The notes under the pieces were generated by a model that was given only the letters and a program-made list of their open reading frames with translations, was not told the origin of the DNA and did no database searches. A program made the position numbers and the translations under genes. Shown in pieces: positions 1-7,965 of a DNA stretch of 64,000 nt. The DNA lies in IMG/VR virus record IMGVR_UViG_3300036835_000374, positions 482 to 64,481 of that record; one strand, 5' to 3'. The stretch's first letter is position 1. Every line of letters begins with the position of its first letter. The stretch is from a virus.

Positions 1-106
1 CCACCCCTCCTTCGCCGCCCACTCCTGCTGCGGATCCTCGCCTGGTTGAGGCGCTGGTTCTGATGCAGGCGTGGGCGCACGACAACCATGTGACGGGAGC
101 CTGACC

Positions 107-1153
107 ATGGCCACTCCGATGACCGCGGCGCAGGCCGTCGCCCAGCTGAAGAAGTGGCAGATCCGGTACGTCGAGGTCCCCGGCTGGGCCACCCACAACC
201 GCAACAGCAAGGGCGCCTGGGGACCGCTCAACGGGTTCATCTGGCACCACACCGGAGCCGACGTCCCCGACGCCCGCACCTACGCGGCAGGCACCCTCTA
301 CAACGGCCTCAGCGATCTACCCGGCCCGCTGTGCCACTTCTCCATCGGCCTGGACGGCACCGTGTACCTGGTCGGCTGGGGGCGTGCGAACCATGCGGGC
401 GGCGGCGACCCGGTGACGCTGCAGCATGTGATCGCCGAGGACTACACGGGCCAACTCCACCCCACGAAGGGCAACCTGACAGGGGTGGACGGCAACGCCC
501 ACTTCTACGGGGTGGAGATTCAGTACTCGGGCAGTCACACGATGAGCACCGCCCAGTACGCGACAGCCCGCCGGCTGTCCGCAGCCATCCTCGACTTCCA
601 CGGCTGGTCGGAGAAGTCCGTCATTGCGCACGGCGAGTGGTCGTCGGACAAGTGGGATCCCGGATACGCCCCCGGCAAGATCATGGCCATGCCTGCGGTG
701 CGCGCGGACGTGGCCTCCACCCTCGCAGCAGGACCGACCCAGGAGGATCCCGTGGCCCTGACCCCGGATGACATCAGCAAGGTCGCGGACGCCGTGTTCG
801 CCAAGCTCGCCGCAGGTGGCGGCGTGCTGGAGAACAGCGACCTCGACCGGATCATCGACCGCGACCACGTACCCGCAGCCCGGCCGCCGTACAACAACAG
901 CGACTACTTCGAAGCCGACGGCGTCACCCCGAAGAACACGACGTGGAAGCTCGGGTACGCGCTCCAGACCAACGCCGAGTACAGCCGCCACGCTGTCGCC
1001 CTGCTGGAGGCCATGCAGGACGCTGTGGGCGCGGTCGCTCTGACGGACGAGCAGATCACCGCGATCGCCGTCCAGGTGGCCGCCGCGCCTGGTCTCACCG
1101 ACGTCATCGCCTCGAAGGTCGCCGCGGACATCGCCGGACGCCTCGCCCAATAG
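107..1153 (+). CDS. Endolysin, N-acetylmuramoyl-L-alanine amidase (Amidase_2 type)
   Basis: IWHHT, CHF, GRANHAG, GVEI and IAHGEWSSDKWDP zinc-amidase motifs. GGGAG RBS before ATG 107. Followed by a holin. Confidence 0.9.
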   Translation: MATPMTAAQAVAQLKKWQIRYVEVPGWATHNRNSKGAWGPLNGFIWHHTGADVPDARTYAAGTLYNGLSDLPGPLCHFSIGLDGTVYLVGWGRANHAGGGDPVTLQHVIAEDYTGQLHPTKGNLTGVDGNAHFYGVEIQYSGSHTMSTAQYATARRLSAAILDFHGWSEKSVIAHGEWSSDKWDPGYAPGKIMAMPAVRADVASTLAAGPTQEDPVALTPDDISKVADAVFAKLAAGGGVLENSDLDRIIDRDHVPAARPPYNNSDYFEADGVTPKNTTWKLGYALQTNAEYSRHAVALLEAMQDAVGAVALTDEQITAIAVQVAAAPGLTDVIASKVAADIAGRLAQ

Positions 1154-1189
1154 ACCCTCTGCCCCAACCAGTAGAAGAGAGAGCCCGTC

Positions 1190-1453
1190 ATGACCACTCC
1201 ACTCCCCGACGTCAACACCGTCCTCAAGACCGGCAAGACCTACGCCATCGACCTCGCCGAGAGAATCATCTGGTCCTTCCTCGGCGGCACCGTCGCCGTC
1301 ATCGTCGCGGCCGGCCCGGCGGACATGTTCAACGCCAGCTTCTGGCAGGCCGCCGCCACGGGCGGTGTCGCCGCGGTGGTGTCGCTCGTGAAGGGCCTGT
1401 TCGCGCGTGGGATAGGCGCGAGTAACTCGGCGTCTACTGCACCGCGGGTCTGA
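1190..1453 (+). CDS. Holin (r1t-like)
   Basis: 87 aa with two hydrophobic helices and a DLAERIIWSFLGG motif, directly after the endolysin. Confidence 0.75.
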   Translation: MTTPLPDVNTVLKTGKTYAIDLAERIIWSFLGGTVAVIVAAGPADMFNASFWQAAATGGVAAVVSLVKGLFARGIGASNSASTAPRV

Positions 1454-1465
1454 TCGGAGCCGCAC

Positions 1466-1810
1466 GTGCCGGATGAGCCGACACTCGGCGAGGTCGTCAG
1501 ACGCCTGGAGGCCGTGCACCAAGACCTCAAGGAGGACTTCCGCGACGTCGCCGGGCGGCTCGACAGCAAGGTCTCGATCGAGCGCTACCAGTACGAGAAG
1601 GAAGCCGCCGCCGAACGGGAGCGGGTCCTGACGGAACGGGTCCGCGCGATCGAGGAGGCACGGAAGCAGGAAGCCCGGGAGAAGCAGGAAGCGGAACAGA
1701 ACGCCGCCAACCGGCGTGCTTCTGACCGCCGTCTGATTTTCTCGGCGCTGATAGCCCCCGTGATCATGCTCTTGTTGACCCTCTACCTCGGAAGCCGGGG
1801 AACCGCATGA
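1466..1810 (+). CDS. Lysis-cassette membrane protein (coiled coil plus C-terminal TM helix)
   Basis: Charged helical N-terminus and C-terminal [19 protein letters not shown]. Overlaps the next gene (ATGA). Confidence 0.6.
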   Translation: MPDEPTLGEVVRRLEAVHQDLKEDFRDVAGRLDSKVSIERYQYEKEAAAERERVLTERVRAIEEARKQEAREKQEAEQNAANRRASDRRLIFSALIAPVIMLLLTLYLGSRGTA

Positions 1811-2436
1811 CAGCGGGCCACGCCAACTGGCGCCAGCAGCAGCGCCGTAAGGATGCCGTGTTTGCGGTGCTGCTGCTGGGCGGGCTTGCTGCTGTGGTCG
1901 TGCTGGCGCTGTGGGTGCAGGGCCTGTCGCATGATCTGCGGGCGGCACAGGATGACCGGGCGGCTTTGGCGCAGCAGGTGCGGGAGTTGGGCGGGAAGCC
2001 GGTGGCGGGCCCGCCGGGCAAGAGCGTTACCGGCCCGCGGGGTGAGGTTGGCCCGTCGGGGCCGCCTGGCCCTGCCGGGTTGCCGGGCAAGGACGGGAAG
2101 GCTGGTGCTGCTGGTAGTCCGGGTGTGTCGGGGCCGCCGGGGGTGGTGGGTGCTACTGGTCCGGCTGGGAGTGCGGGCGTGCAGGGTCCGCCGGGCCCGC
2201 AGGGTGAGCCGGGTCCGGCTGGTCCGGCGGGGCAGGACGGCAAGGATGGCGCCGATGGGCGGGACGGGCAGACGTGCCCGGACGGCTATCACTTGGAGGC
2301 TCCGTCGTATGACCCGGACGCGTTGGTGTGTCGCAGGGATGGGGCTTCGGATCCGTCGCCGGCGCCGGGGGATGGGAAGGGTGGGCCGTCTCCGTTGGCT
2401 CTGGCGTGGGCTATGACGCGGCGGCAGTACGCATAG
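1807..2436 (+). CDS. Membrane-anchored collagen-like protein
   Basis: N-terminal TM helix, short coiled coil, long Gly-X-Y run ([21 protein letters not shown]...), then a CPDGY...C motif. Confidence 0.8.
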   Translation: MTAGHANWRQQQRRKDAVFAVLLLGGLAAVVVLALWVQGLSHDLRAAQDDRAALAQQVRELGGKPVAGPPGKSVTGPRGEVGPSGPPGPAGLPGKDGKAGAAGSPGVSGPPGVVGATGPAGSAGVQGPPGPQGEPGPAGPAGQDGKDGADGRDGQTCPDGYHLEAPSYDPDALVCRRDGASDPSPAPGDGKGGPSPLALAWAMTRRQYA

Positions 2437-2445
2437 GAGGCTCTG

Positions 2446-2664
2446 GTGGGTGTGGTGTGGAACGGGCTGCTCGCGGTGGCTGCGGGCGCGGTCGTGGTGG
2501 GTGGCGGCTTCGAGGTGTATGCGCTGCGCACGAAGCGGGCTGGGGACACATTGTCGGAGCACATCCGGCCGTGGGCGAAGGCGCATCGCGGGCTGTTCCT
2601 TGCGCTGTGTGGGCTGCTGGTGTTCGTGGGTGGCTGGCTGCCGCATCACATTCTGGGCGGGTGA
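2446..2664 (+). CDS. Small membrane protein
   Basis: GGAGG RBS, two hydrophobic segments, DTLSEHIRPW motif. Confidence 0.55.
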   Translation: MGVVWNGLLAVAAGAVVVGGGFEVYALRTKRAGDTLSEHIRPWAKAHRGLFLALCGLLVFVGGWLPHHILGG

Positions 2665-2680
2665 CGGGCCGGTGGCTCGG

Positions 2681-2833
2681 ATGCTGAGCCGGATGCGTCC
2701 GTCGTTCTGCCCTGCCTGCCGTCGGAGCCCGGGGCTGGACTGCCCGGATGCGGGGGTGGGCAAGAGGGCGCAGCGGGCCCGGGAGAAACGGGAGTGGCGG
2801 CGGGAGGTTTTCACGGAGGCCCGTGAGAACTAG
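2681..2833 (+). CDS. Small Cys/Arg-rich hypothetical protein
   Basis: MLSRMRPSFCPACRRSPGLDCPD...; last gene of the rightward lysis unit. Confidence 0.4.
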   Translation: MLSRMRPSFCPACRRSPGLDCPDAGVGKRAQRAREKREWRREVFTEAREN

Positions 2834-2851
2834 CCTGACCTGCGGGAAGCC

Positions 2852-2880
2852 ATCACTTTACGGGCGCCCGCAAAGTGATC
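2852..2880. terminator. Hairpin at the convergence of the lysis and GntR units
   Basis: ATCACTTT-ACGGGCGCCCGC-AAAGTGAT near-perfect inverted repeat between convergent genes. Confidence 0.55.
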
Positions 2881-3058
2881 AAGCCGCCCTGATGGGCTCG
2901 CCGCGTGCCGCCGCCGCCCATTCCTCGTAGAGCCGTTCCAGCGCTGCCCGCCCCTCCCCGCTGAGCCGTACCCGCGGGTCCACCCACAGTGCGCGGATGT
3001 CCTCGTTCACGGCCGCAGCAGAGCGCAGAGTGCCGTCAGGCAAAGAAGCGGGGGACAT
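2879..3058 (-). CDS. Small hypothetical protein downstream of the GntR regulator
   Basis: MSPASLPDGTLRSAAAVNEDIRALW..., 59 aa, same strand as GntR. Confidence 0.55.
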   Translation of the reverse strand: MSPASLPDGTLRSAAAVNEDIRALWVDPRVRLSGEGRAALERLYEEWAAAARGEPIRAA

Positions 3059-3111
3059 GGGTAAATCGTATCGAGGGCACGGCCCAATCACTCATACCGA
3101 CCCCGACGTTC

Positions 3112-3861
3112 TCACTGCGGAGGGGCAGCCTCCACCGTGTACTCGTACCCGATCGTCAACCGCATCGGCAGGCACCACTCGCCGTACTCGATGACACCCT
3201 GGTCGTCCCACAGCCGGTGCGCGCCGGCGAGGATCGGTGAACCGGTTCGCAGGCCGAGGTAGTTGGCCTCGCGTGCGTCTGCGTCACGGCCGTGGATGTC
3301 GTCACGGCCGTCCGTGACCGTGCGCCCTGTCGTCTGCTGGATTTTCAGCAGCAGGCCGGGTGCTGACGAGCGCGCGGTGGACAGCAGTTCGGGGACGGCT
3401 GCCGCGAAGTGCGCCGGATACCAGGTGACGTGCAGGCCGGTGCGCTGCTGGCCCTTGCCGGTGTGCCACTCGCGTCGTACCACTTGGTGGCCGTCTTCGA
3501 GGTCGAAGAGTTCAGCAACGTACTGCGGGGGCTTGATGAGTTCGGCGCGGGTCACAATCATCGTCTCGCCCTCGGCGAGGACGCTGCCCGTGCGCAGGAC
3601 GCGGGTGATCCGGTCGTACCCGGACGGGGCGATCTCGGGGGCGTTCGCAACGAACGTGCCGCGGCGTGAGGTGGTGATGTAGCCCTCGACCTGGAGGTGG
3701 TCCAGGGCGCGGCCGAGGGTGGCGACGGCGACGCCTTCCTGCTGGGCCAACTCGCGCTGGTTGGGGAGTTTGGCGCCTTCTTCGAGTCGGCCATCGAGGA
3801 TGCGGCGGCGGATGCGTTCGGCGACCTGCATGTACGGCGGCTGCGGCTGGGTGTCGGGCAT
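3112..3861 (-). CDS. GntR/HutC-family transcriptional regulator with UTRA domain (KorSA-like)
   Basis: PYMQVAERIRRRILDGRLEEGAKLPNQRELA wHTH plus C-terminal UTRA-type fold. GAGGAG RBS. Confidence 0.9.
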   Translation of the reverse strand: MPDTQPQPPYMQVAERIRRRILDGRLEEGAKLPNQRELAQQEGVAVATLGRALDHLQVEGYITTSRRGTFVANAPEIAPSGYDRITRVLRTGSVLAEGETMIVTRAELIKPPQYVAELFDLEDGHQVVRREWHTGKGQQRTGLHVTWYPAHFAAAVPELLSTARSSAPGLLLKIQQTTGRTVTDGRDDIHGRDADAREANYLGLRTGSPILAGAHRLWDDQGVIEYGEWCLPMRLTIGYEYTVEAAPPQ

Positions 3862-3949
3862 CGTCGTCTCCTCGTGTCCTAGTTCACTGGCGACTGTACT
3901 AGGCCACGCGTCATCCGGAAGAGGGGAGTATCCGCGAGTCACTAGCCGA

Positions 3950-3984
3950 GTGCCCTAGGTCAGCGTATGTTGTGCCCTAGGTCA
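3950..3984. promoter_or_regulatory. Tandem 13-bp repeat GTGCCCTAGGTCA, probable GntR operator in a divergent promoter
   Basis: Exact copies at 3950-3962 and 3972-3984 (22-bp period). Further CTAG sites at 3879, 3899 and 3942. Confidence 0.55.
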
Positions 3985-4023
3985 CGCCAACCGAGGCGGC
4001 CGCCTTGACGAGAGCAGACTGAC

Positions 4024-4368
4024 GTGGACAACCCTACGGACGCTTCCAGAACCATCACCGTCGGCATGCCCACCCACGAAGCACTCGCCCTGCTCCCCCT
4101 CCCCGAACAGCTCTCCGACGCACAGCGCGACGGCCACGTCTGCGTATGGGGCGGCGAGACCCTCACCGTCGGGACAGGCATCGACCTCGGTTCACGAAAG
4201 ACCGACGACCGCCTCATATTCCCGCGCGCCTGCCGCCGCGACACCGGCGAAGCCGCATACCGGGCGCTCCTCGACCACGCCCCGGCCTGTGAGCAGTGCG
4301 TGGACAACGCCGCCGAATGCCCGTTGGGCCGCGCGCTGAACCGGCTGGTCCGCGAAGGCCGCCGATGA
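4024..4368 (+). CDS. Hypothetical protein with Cys/His cluster (HxxxCxxC...C)
   Basis: Divergent from GntR. Coupled to the next gene by ATGA overlap. Confidence 0.6.
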   Translation: MDNPTDASRTITVGMPTHEALALLPLPEQLSDAQRDGHVCVWGGETLTVGTGIDLGSRKTDDRLIFPRACRRDTGEAAYRALLDHAPACEQCVDNAAECPLGRALNRLVREGRR

Positions 4369-4538
4369 TCTGCGCGCGCTGCGATCAGCCGATCCAGGGC
4401 ACACCCGACCGGTACGATCACATGTCGCCGTCCGGCGCGGGCCATACGGTGTATCTGTGCCCGGGAGGCCGGTGCAGGCCGGTCCGGCGGCAGTCGGCGC
4501 CGGCGCTGCGGGTAAGTCGCGTGGTGCGCCGGCGGTGA
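4365..4538 (+). CDS. Small zinc-binding protein
   Basis: MICARCDQPI...HTVYLCPGGRC, 57 aa. Confidence 0.55.
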   Translation: MICARCDQPIQGTPDRYDHMSPSGAGHTVYLCPGGRCRPVRRQSAPALRVSRVVRRR

Positions 4539-4555
4539 TAGCAGTCCCTGAAGCT

Positions 4556-4601
4556 GGCCCCGTCTGTCTGCTTCCCCCGTGGCGGATGGGCGGGGCCTTT
4601 T
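4556..4601 (+). terminator. Intrinsic terminator
   Basis: GGCCCCGTCTGTCTGC / GCGGATGGGCGGGGCC stem followed by TTTT. Confidence 0.7.
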
Positions 4602-4664
4602 GCTGGCTGCTCCGACGGACGGCCTGTCCTGTCGCGTAGAGCAGGTGTCAGGGCTGAGAGGCCG

Positions 4665-4898
4665 TCAGCGCACAAGATCGGCGAGGGGGACACCGAGAGC
4701 GTCAGCAAGCAGGAGCAGGTCACTGAGGTCCGGGACGCGCTGCGCGTACTCCCACCGGTGAATGGTCCGGTGGTCGCGTCCGATCCGTTCGGCTAACTGC
4801 ATCTGCGTCAGACCGACGTCCAGGCGAGCGTCACGGATGCGGTTCCCGATCTCCCGGCGACGGGCGTGTACCCAGTCGGGCATCGGGTCAAGTGGCAC
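4665..4898 (-). CDS. XRE-family HTH regulator
   Basis: IGNRIRDARLDVGLTQMQLAERIGRDHRTIHRWE motif. Confidence 0.85.
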   Translation of the reverse strand: MPLDPMPDWVHARRREIGNRIRDARLDVGLTQMQLAERIGRDHRTIHRWEYAQRVPDLSDLLLLADALGVPLADLVR

Positions 4899-5079
4899 CC
4901 GCCAACGCTGTAACGATCTTGTGCTCTTGTCTTTGCCCGGCTGGGCAAATTTAATGATCTCTGGGTAGGGGAACCCGACAACCGTCGCGCCGGCCGAGGC
5001 GCGGCACCGAAGCGATCGGACGGGCGTTACGCGTCTCCGCACTCCGGTCGTCAGACACCGCGGCTTCGGCTGAGGTGTC

Positions 5080-5160
5080 CCGCCCCAGAGGTATATGCCT
5101 CTGGGGCGGTCTACTGTCTTCATGCAAGAGGCCCTCGCCGACATATCCAGCGAGGGCCTC
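5080..5160. other. Two adjacent perfect hairpins with AT-rich loops
   Basis: CCGCCCCAGAGG-TATATG-CCTCTGGGGCGG (5080-5109) and GAGGCCCTCGC-N11-GCGAGGGCCTC (5128-5160). Confidence 0.6.
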
Positions 5161-5326
5161 CCCCGTGAGGCCGGCCTCCCCGCCGGACGCCCACAGGACA
5201 TGAGAAGCGCGTCTCAGGCGCGCGTGGGGAGACGTGCCTGCCCCTCTCACGAGCAGCCACTTTACGTGGTAGTTGAACCTTGTCCAGTCCCCCGAATGGG
5301 TGAGGCTCAGCAAGATCCCGTGGAGA

Positions 5327-5346
5327 TGTGGACTCTCTGTGGACTC
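5327..5346 (+). repeat. Left arm-type integrase site pair (TGTGGACTC x2)
   Basis: TGTGGACTC at 5327 and 5338. The same pair recurs at 5584 and 5595. Confidence 0.7.
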
Positions 5347-5418
5347 CGATCATGGAACGAGCCTCCCGTTCGAATTGAACGAGAGGCCCGCACCAGCTCT
5401 GACCTGCTACACAGTCTG

Positions 5419-5460
5419 TGCCCCCGGCAGGATTCGAACCTGCGACACCCGCTTTAGGAG
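5419..5460 (-). other. attP: attP core: 3' half of tRNA-Arg(CCT)
   Basis: Minus strand reads CTCCTAA AGCGG GTGTC GCAGG TTCGAAT CCTGC CGGGGGCA (anticodon loop, T-arm, 3' acceptor strand). No D-arm or 5' half upstream. Lies next to the integrase 3' end. Confidence 0.9.
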
Positions 5461-5486
5461 AAAGCGTAAAGCGATCATGTGGTTCG

Positions 5487-5576
5487 GTGAGGCCGAATGA
5501 GCCGCAGTGAGACCGGACCGGCGAAGGCTTGACCAGCATAAGCAAGTCTCAGTGAGAGTCAGTGAGGATCAGTGAG
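5487..5576 (+). repeat. Helically phased GTGAG/TCAGTGAG repeats (candidate Xis or bending-factor sites)
   Basis: GTGAG/ATGAG/GTGAG at 5487, 5497, 5507 and TCAGTGAG at 5549, 5559, 5569 (10-bp period). Confidence 0.6.
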
Positions 5577-5583
5577 GGGGTGT

Positions 5584-5603
5584 TGTGGACTCTTTGTGGA
5601 CTC
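5584..5603 (+). repeat. Right arm-type integrase site pair (TGTGGACTC x2)
   Basis: Same 9-mer pair with 11-bp period as at 5327-5346. Confidence 0.7.
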
Positions 5604-5609
5604 CCACCC

Positions 5610-6893
5610 CTACACCGCCTTGAGGACTCGAACAACGGCCTTCTCAGGCGCCATAACAGCAAGCACCTGAGCCGCCACATCCTCGGCACTGTGCTGATAC
5701 AGCCACGTCACCTTGCTGCCGCGGTCGTGCCCCATCACCGTCTGAACGTCCTTCTCCGGAACCCCGAGATCCTTCAACCGGGTAGCGAACACATGCCGCA
5801 GATCATGCACCCGCGGCCACCACTCATCCCGGCCCGTCTCCTCGTTCCGCACCTTCCGTGCCAGGCCAGCAGCCTGAATCGCCGGAATCCACGTCCTGCG
5901 GAAGTTGTGCCGGGTAAGAGTGCCACCGTTGGGCCCGCGGAACACCAGCTCCTCCGGATGCAAGTCCCGCCCGTCCCCGATCGGAGAGACGGTCTCCACC
6001 GGCTTGAAGCGGGCAGCCATCGTCCGCACGGCCTCAACAGCCGCCGGGGTGAGCGGCACCGTGCGGAAGCCGGCGGCCGACTTGGGAGCCGCCTTACGGA
6101 GCAAGGTCCCCCGGTCCTCGGTGAGCACTTCCTTTACCTTGAGGTGCTTAGCTTCCAGGTCAACATGCCCCCACCGCAGGCCGGTCGCCTCACCCCAGCG
6201 CATCCCCGTCTCTTCGAGGAACACGACGAGCGGCCGGTACCACACGCCGACGTGCTCACGGATCAGCGCGCACTGCTCCCGGGTCGGCGGCCGCGAGTCC
6301 TCGGTGTCCTTCTTCGGCGCAGCCCCGATCTCCACCTCGGCGGCCGGGTTGAACGGAATCCGCTTGCCGTCCTTCACCGCGGAGCGCAGCATCTGGTTCA
6401 GCAGCTCCAGCACCTTCTTCTTGGTGTGATAGCCCTTCACCTCCGCCGTGACCCACTTCTGCAGTTCGATGTACTCCAGATCGCACAGACGCCACTGGCC
6501 CCACTTCGGCTCGATGTGATGGCGCCAGTTGGAGAGTTTGCGGTTGGTCGTCGTGACGGCCTTCTTCGGCTGTGCCGGCCACCACAGGTCCCACCACTGG
6601 GACACGGTGATCTCGCCGCGTTTCGGGTCGCCGTACTCGCGGCGCCGGACGCGGGAGCGAACATCGTCGAGGAACGCCTCGGCTGCTTTCTTCCCGCCAT
6701 CGCTGATGGGGAAGTTCTTGGAGCACTGCTTGCCGGCCGGGTCCCTGTAGCGGGCTTGCCACGGGCCGGTGCAGTCCCGCCGTCGCTTGCGGTCGCTGTA
6801 CTTGTCGCCGGGCGGGTACACGTCCATGCAGCGGGCGCAGCCGCATGCCTTGGACGGCACCTGCCGTGGGTTGTTGACGGTCCTACGCCCCAT
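5610..6893 (-). CDS. int: Tyrosine integrase, 427 aa (VWB-like)
   Basis: GMRWGE (R), KSAAG (K), HDLRH, MGH and WLY catalytic set. N-terminal WQARYRDP arm-binding domain. Confidence 0.95.
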   Translation of the reverse strand: MGRRTVNNPRQVPSKACGCARCMDVYPPGDKYSDRKRRRDCTGPWQARYRDPAGKQCSKNFPISDGGKKAAEAFLDDVRSRVRRREYGDPKRGEITVSQWWDLWWPAQPKKAVTTTNRKLSNWRHHIEPKWGQWRLCDLEYIELQKWVTAEVKGYHTKKKVLELLNQMLRSAVKDGKRIPFNPAAEVEIGAAPKKDTEDSRPPTREQCALIREHVGVWYRPLVVFLEETGMRWGEATGLRWGHVDLEAKHLKVKEVLTEDRGTLLRKAAPKSAAGFRTVPLTPAAVEAVRTMAARFKPVETVSPIGDGRDLHPEELVFRGPNGGTLTRHNFRRTWIPAIQAAGLARKVRNEETGRDEWWPRVHDLRHVFATRLKDLGVPEKDVQTVMGHDRGSKVTWLYQHSAEDVAAQVLAVMAPEKAVVRVLKAV

Positions 6894-7137
6894 GTCGGAT
6901 CACCGTCTGCTCTCCGTTCTCTCGCTGCTCGGGTACGTGTGCGAGGAGCCGGACGGGCTCCCCGCACCAGCAGCGTGCACCGGACGGCGGCTGTTCGACG
7001 GCGAGTTCAGTAAGGACCCTGCGAACGGCGCTGAGTGCGTAGGCCCCTTCGAGCTGCGTGGGGATCCTGATCAGATTCCGGTCCGCGTCGTATGGGCTGG
7101 AGGGCCAGGCGGAGACGTACTGGACGCGGACGCACAT
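6883..7137 (-). CDS. Hypothetical protein between repressor and integrase
   Basis: Overlaps the int start. Carries a CWCG motif. Confidence 0.6.
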   Translation of the reverse strand: MCVRVQYVSAWPSSPYDADRNLIRIPTQLEGAYALSAVRRVLTELAVEQPPSGARCWCGEPVRLLAHVPEQRENGEQTVIRHGA

Positions 7138-7321
7138 GCCGGACCCCCGGAGATGCAGGCGACAGGTTGGTAGCCGTGGGGGAGGTCATCGGCCGTGCGC
7201 TTGAAGGTACTCCTTGCGTGGCGGATTCGCGACCGTTTGGCGCTTCTGCGTGCGCATAAATGCACTCTGGGTGAGCGTGGCGTCTTACGGAGACACGCGA
7301 GGAGGGCGAAGGGTTGTACGG

Positions 7322-7696
7322 CTATCCCTGCTTCGTGCGGTTCGCCTCGGACAGCGCCCGCATCTCGATCTCCTTCGCGCGCTGCTGCTCTTCGGTGAGC
7401 TCGCGGAAGTACTCCAGAACCCGGGCTTCGCGGTCGGAGTCGAGGGGGCCAGGGGTGCGGCGGCCGGCGGCTTTGAAGATTTCGTCTTCGGTGAAGTCGG
7501 GGAAGGCTTGGTGGAGGGCGCGCAGGTTGTCGCGGTTCGGGCCGCGGCCGGTGCCTCGGGTGCGGTTGACCCAGGAGCTGACTGCTGCGGGGGAGACGCC
7601 GATGCGGCGCGCGACCTCGCTCCAGCTGACGCCGTGTACCGACTTCAGGCGGGCGAGCAGCTGCGCCAGGTCTTCGGTGCGCTCCTCATGTTCCAC
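7322..7696 (-). CDS. Immunity repressor (XRE HTH)
   Basis: VSWSEVARRIGVSPAAVSSWV HTH. Divergent from the Cro-like gene. Start could be 7711. Confidence 0.8.
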   Translation of the reverse strand: MEHEERTEDLAQLLARLKSVHGVSWSEVARRIGVSPAAVSSWVNRTRGTGRGPNRDNLRALHQAFPDFTEDEIFKAAGRRTPGPLDSDREARVLEYFRELTEEQQRAKEIEMRALSEANRTKQG

Positions 7697-7717
7697 GGGC
7701 CAAGAGTGCATGCTGAT

Positions 7718-7745
7718 CTTCTACTTTTGCAAGTGAAAGTAGAAG
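7718..7745. promoter_or_regulatory. Inverted repeat, putative operator
   Basis: CTTCTACTTT-N8-AAAGTAGAAG just upstream of the repressor. Confidence 0.6.
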
Positions 7746-7893
7746 CGTGGCGTGATACCGACGCGTCGCGTGACCTCCCCGTCGCACGCCGTCGCCGCCG
7801 TCATGTGCGCCCACCATAGGACACGCATTCGAATCACGTCACCCCATTGGATGCCTCACCGAAACTCACGCCGACTCACTTGACCTCACCGAC

Positions 7894-7916
7894 ACTGACA
7901 CAGTAGAAATGTGTCA
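7894..7916. promoter_or_regulatory. Putative operator at the rightward early promoter
   Basis: TGACACA-N7-TGTGTCA. ACTGACACAGTAG recurs exactly at 8224-8236. Confidence 0.55.
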
Positions 7917-7965
7917 ACGGCGACGCCAAGCCGCACCGCAGTCCCCAACAGGCGTGAGGCCACAC

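Noticed and set aside
1-63. 3' end of an upstream gene (PPLLRRPLLLRILAWLRRWF-stop)
   Set aside because: Too short to support a call.
5419-5460. Complete tRNA-Arg gene
   Set aside because: Only the anticodon loop to the 3' end is present. The upstream sequence cannot form the D-arm or the 5' acceptor strand, so it is an att core.
5095-5545. ORFs 5095-5457 (+) and 5120-5545 (-)
   Set aside because: They run through attP repeats and hairpins and have no RBS or motifs.
5610-6893. bldA-dependent TTA codons in key genes
   Set aside because: The TTA/TAA triplets I checked in int, sak, ruvC and the 59898 GT were out of frame. The check was not exhaustive, so no claim is made.
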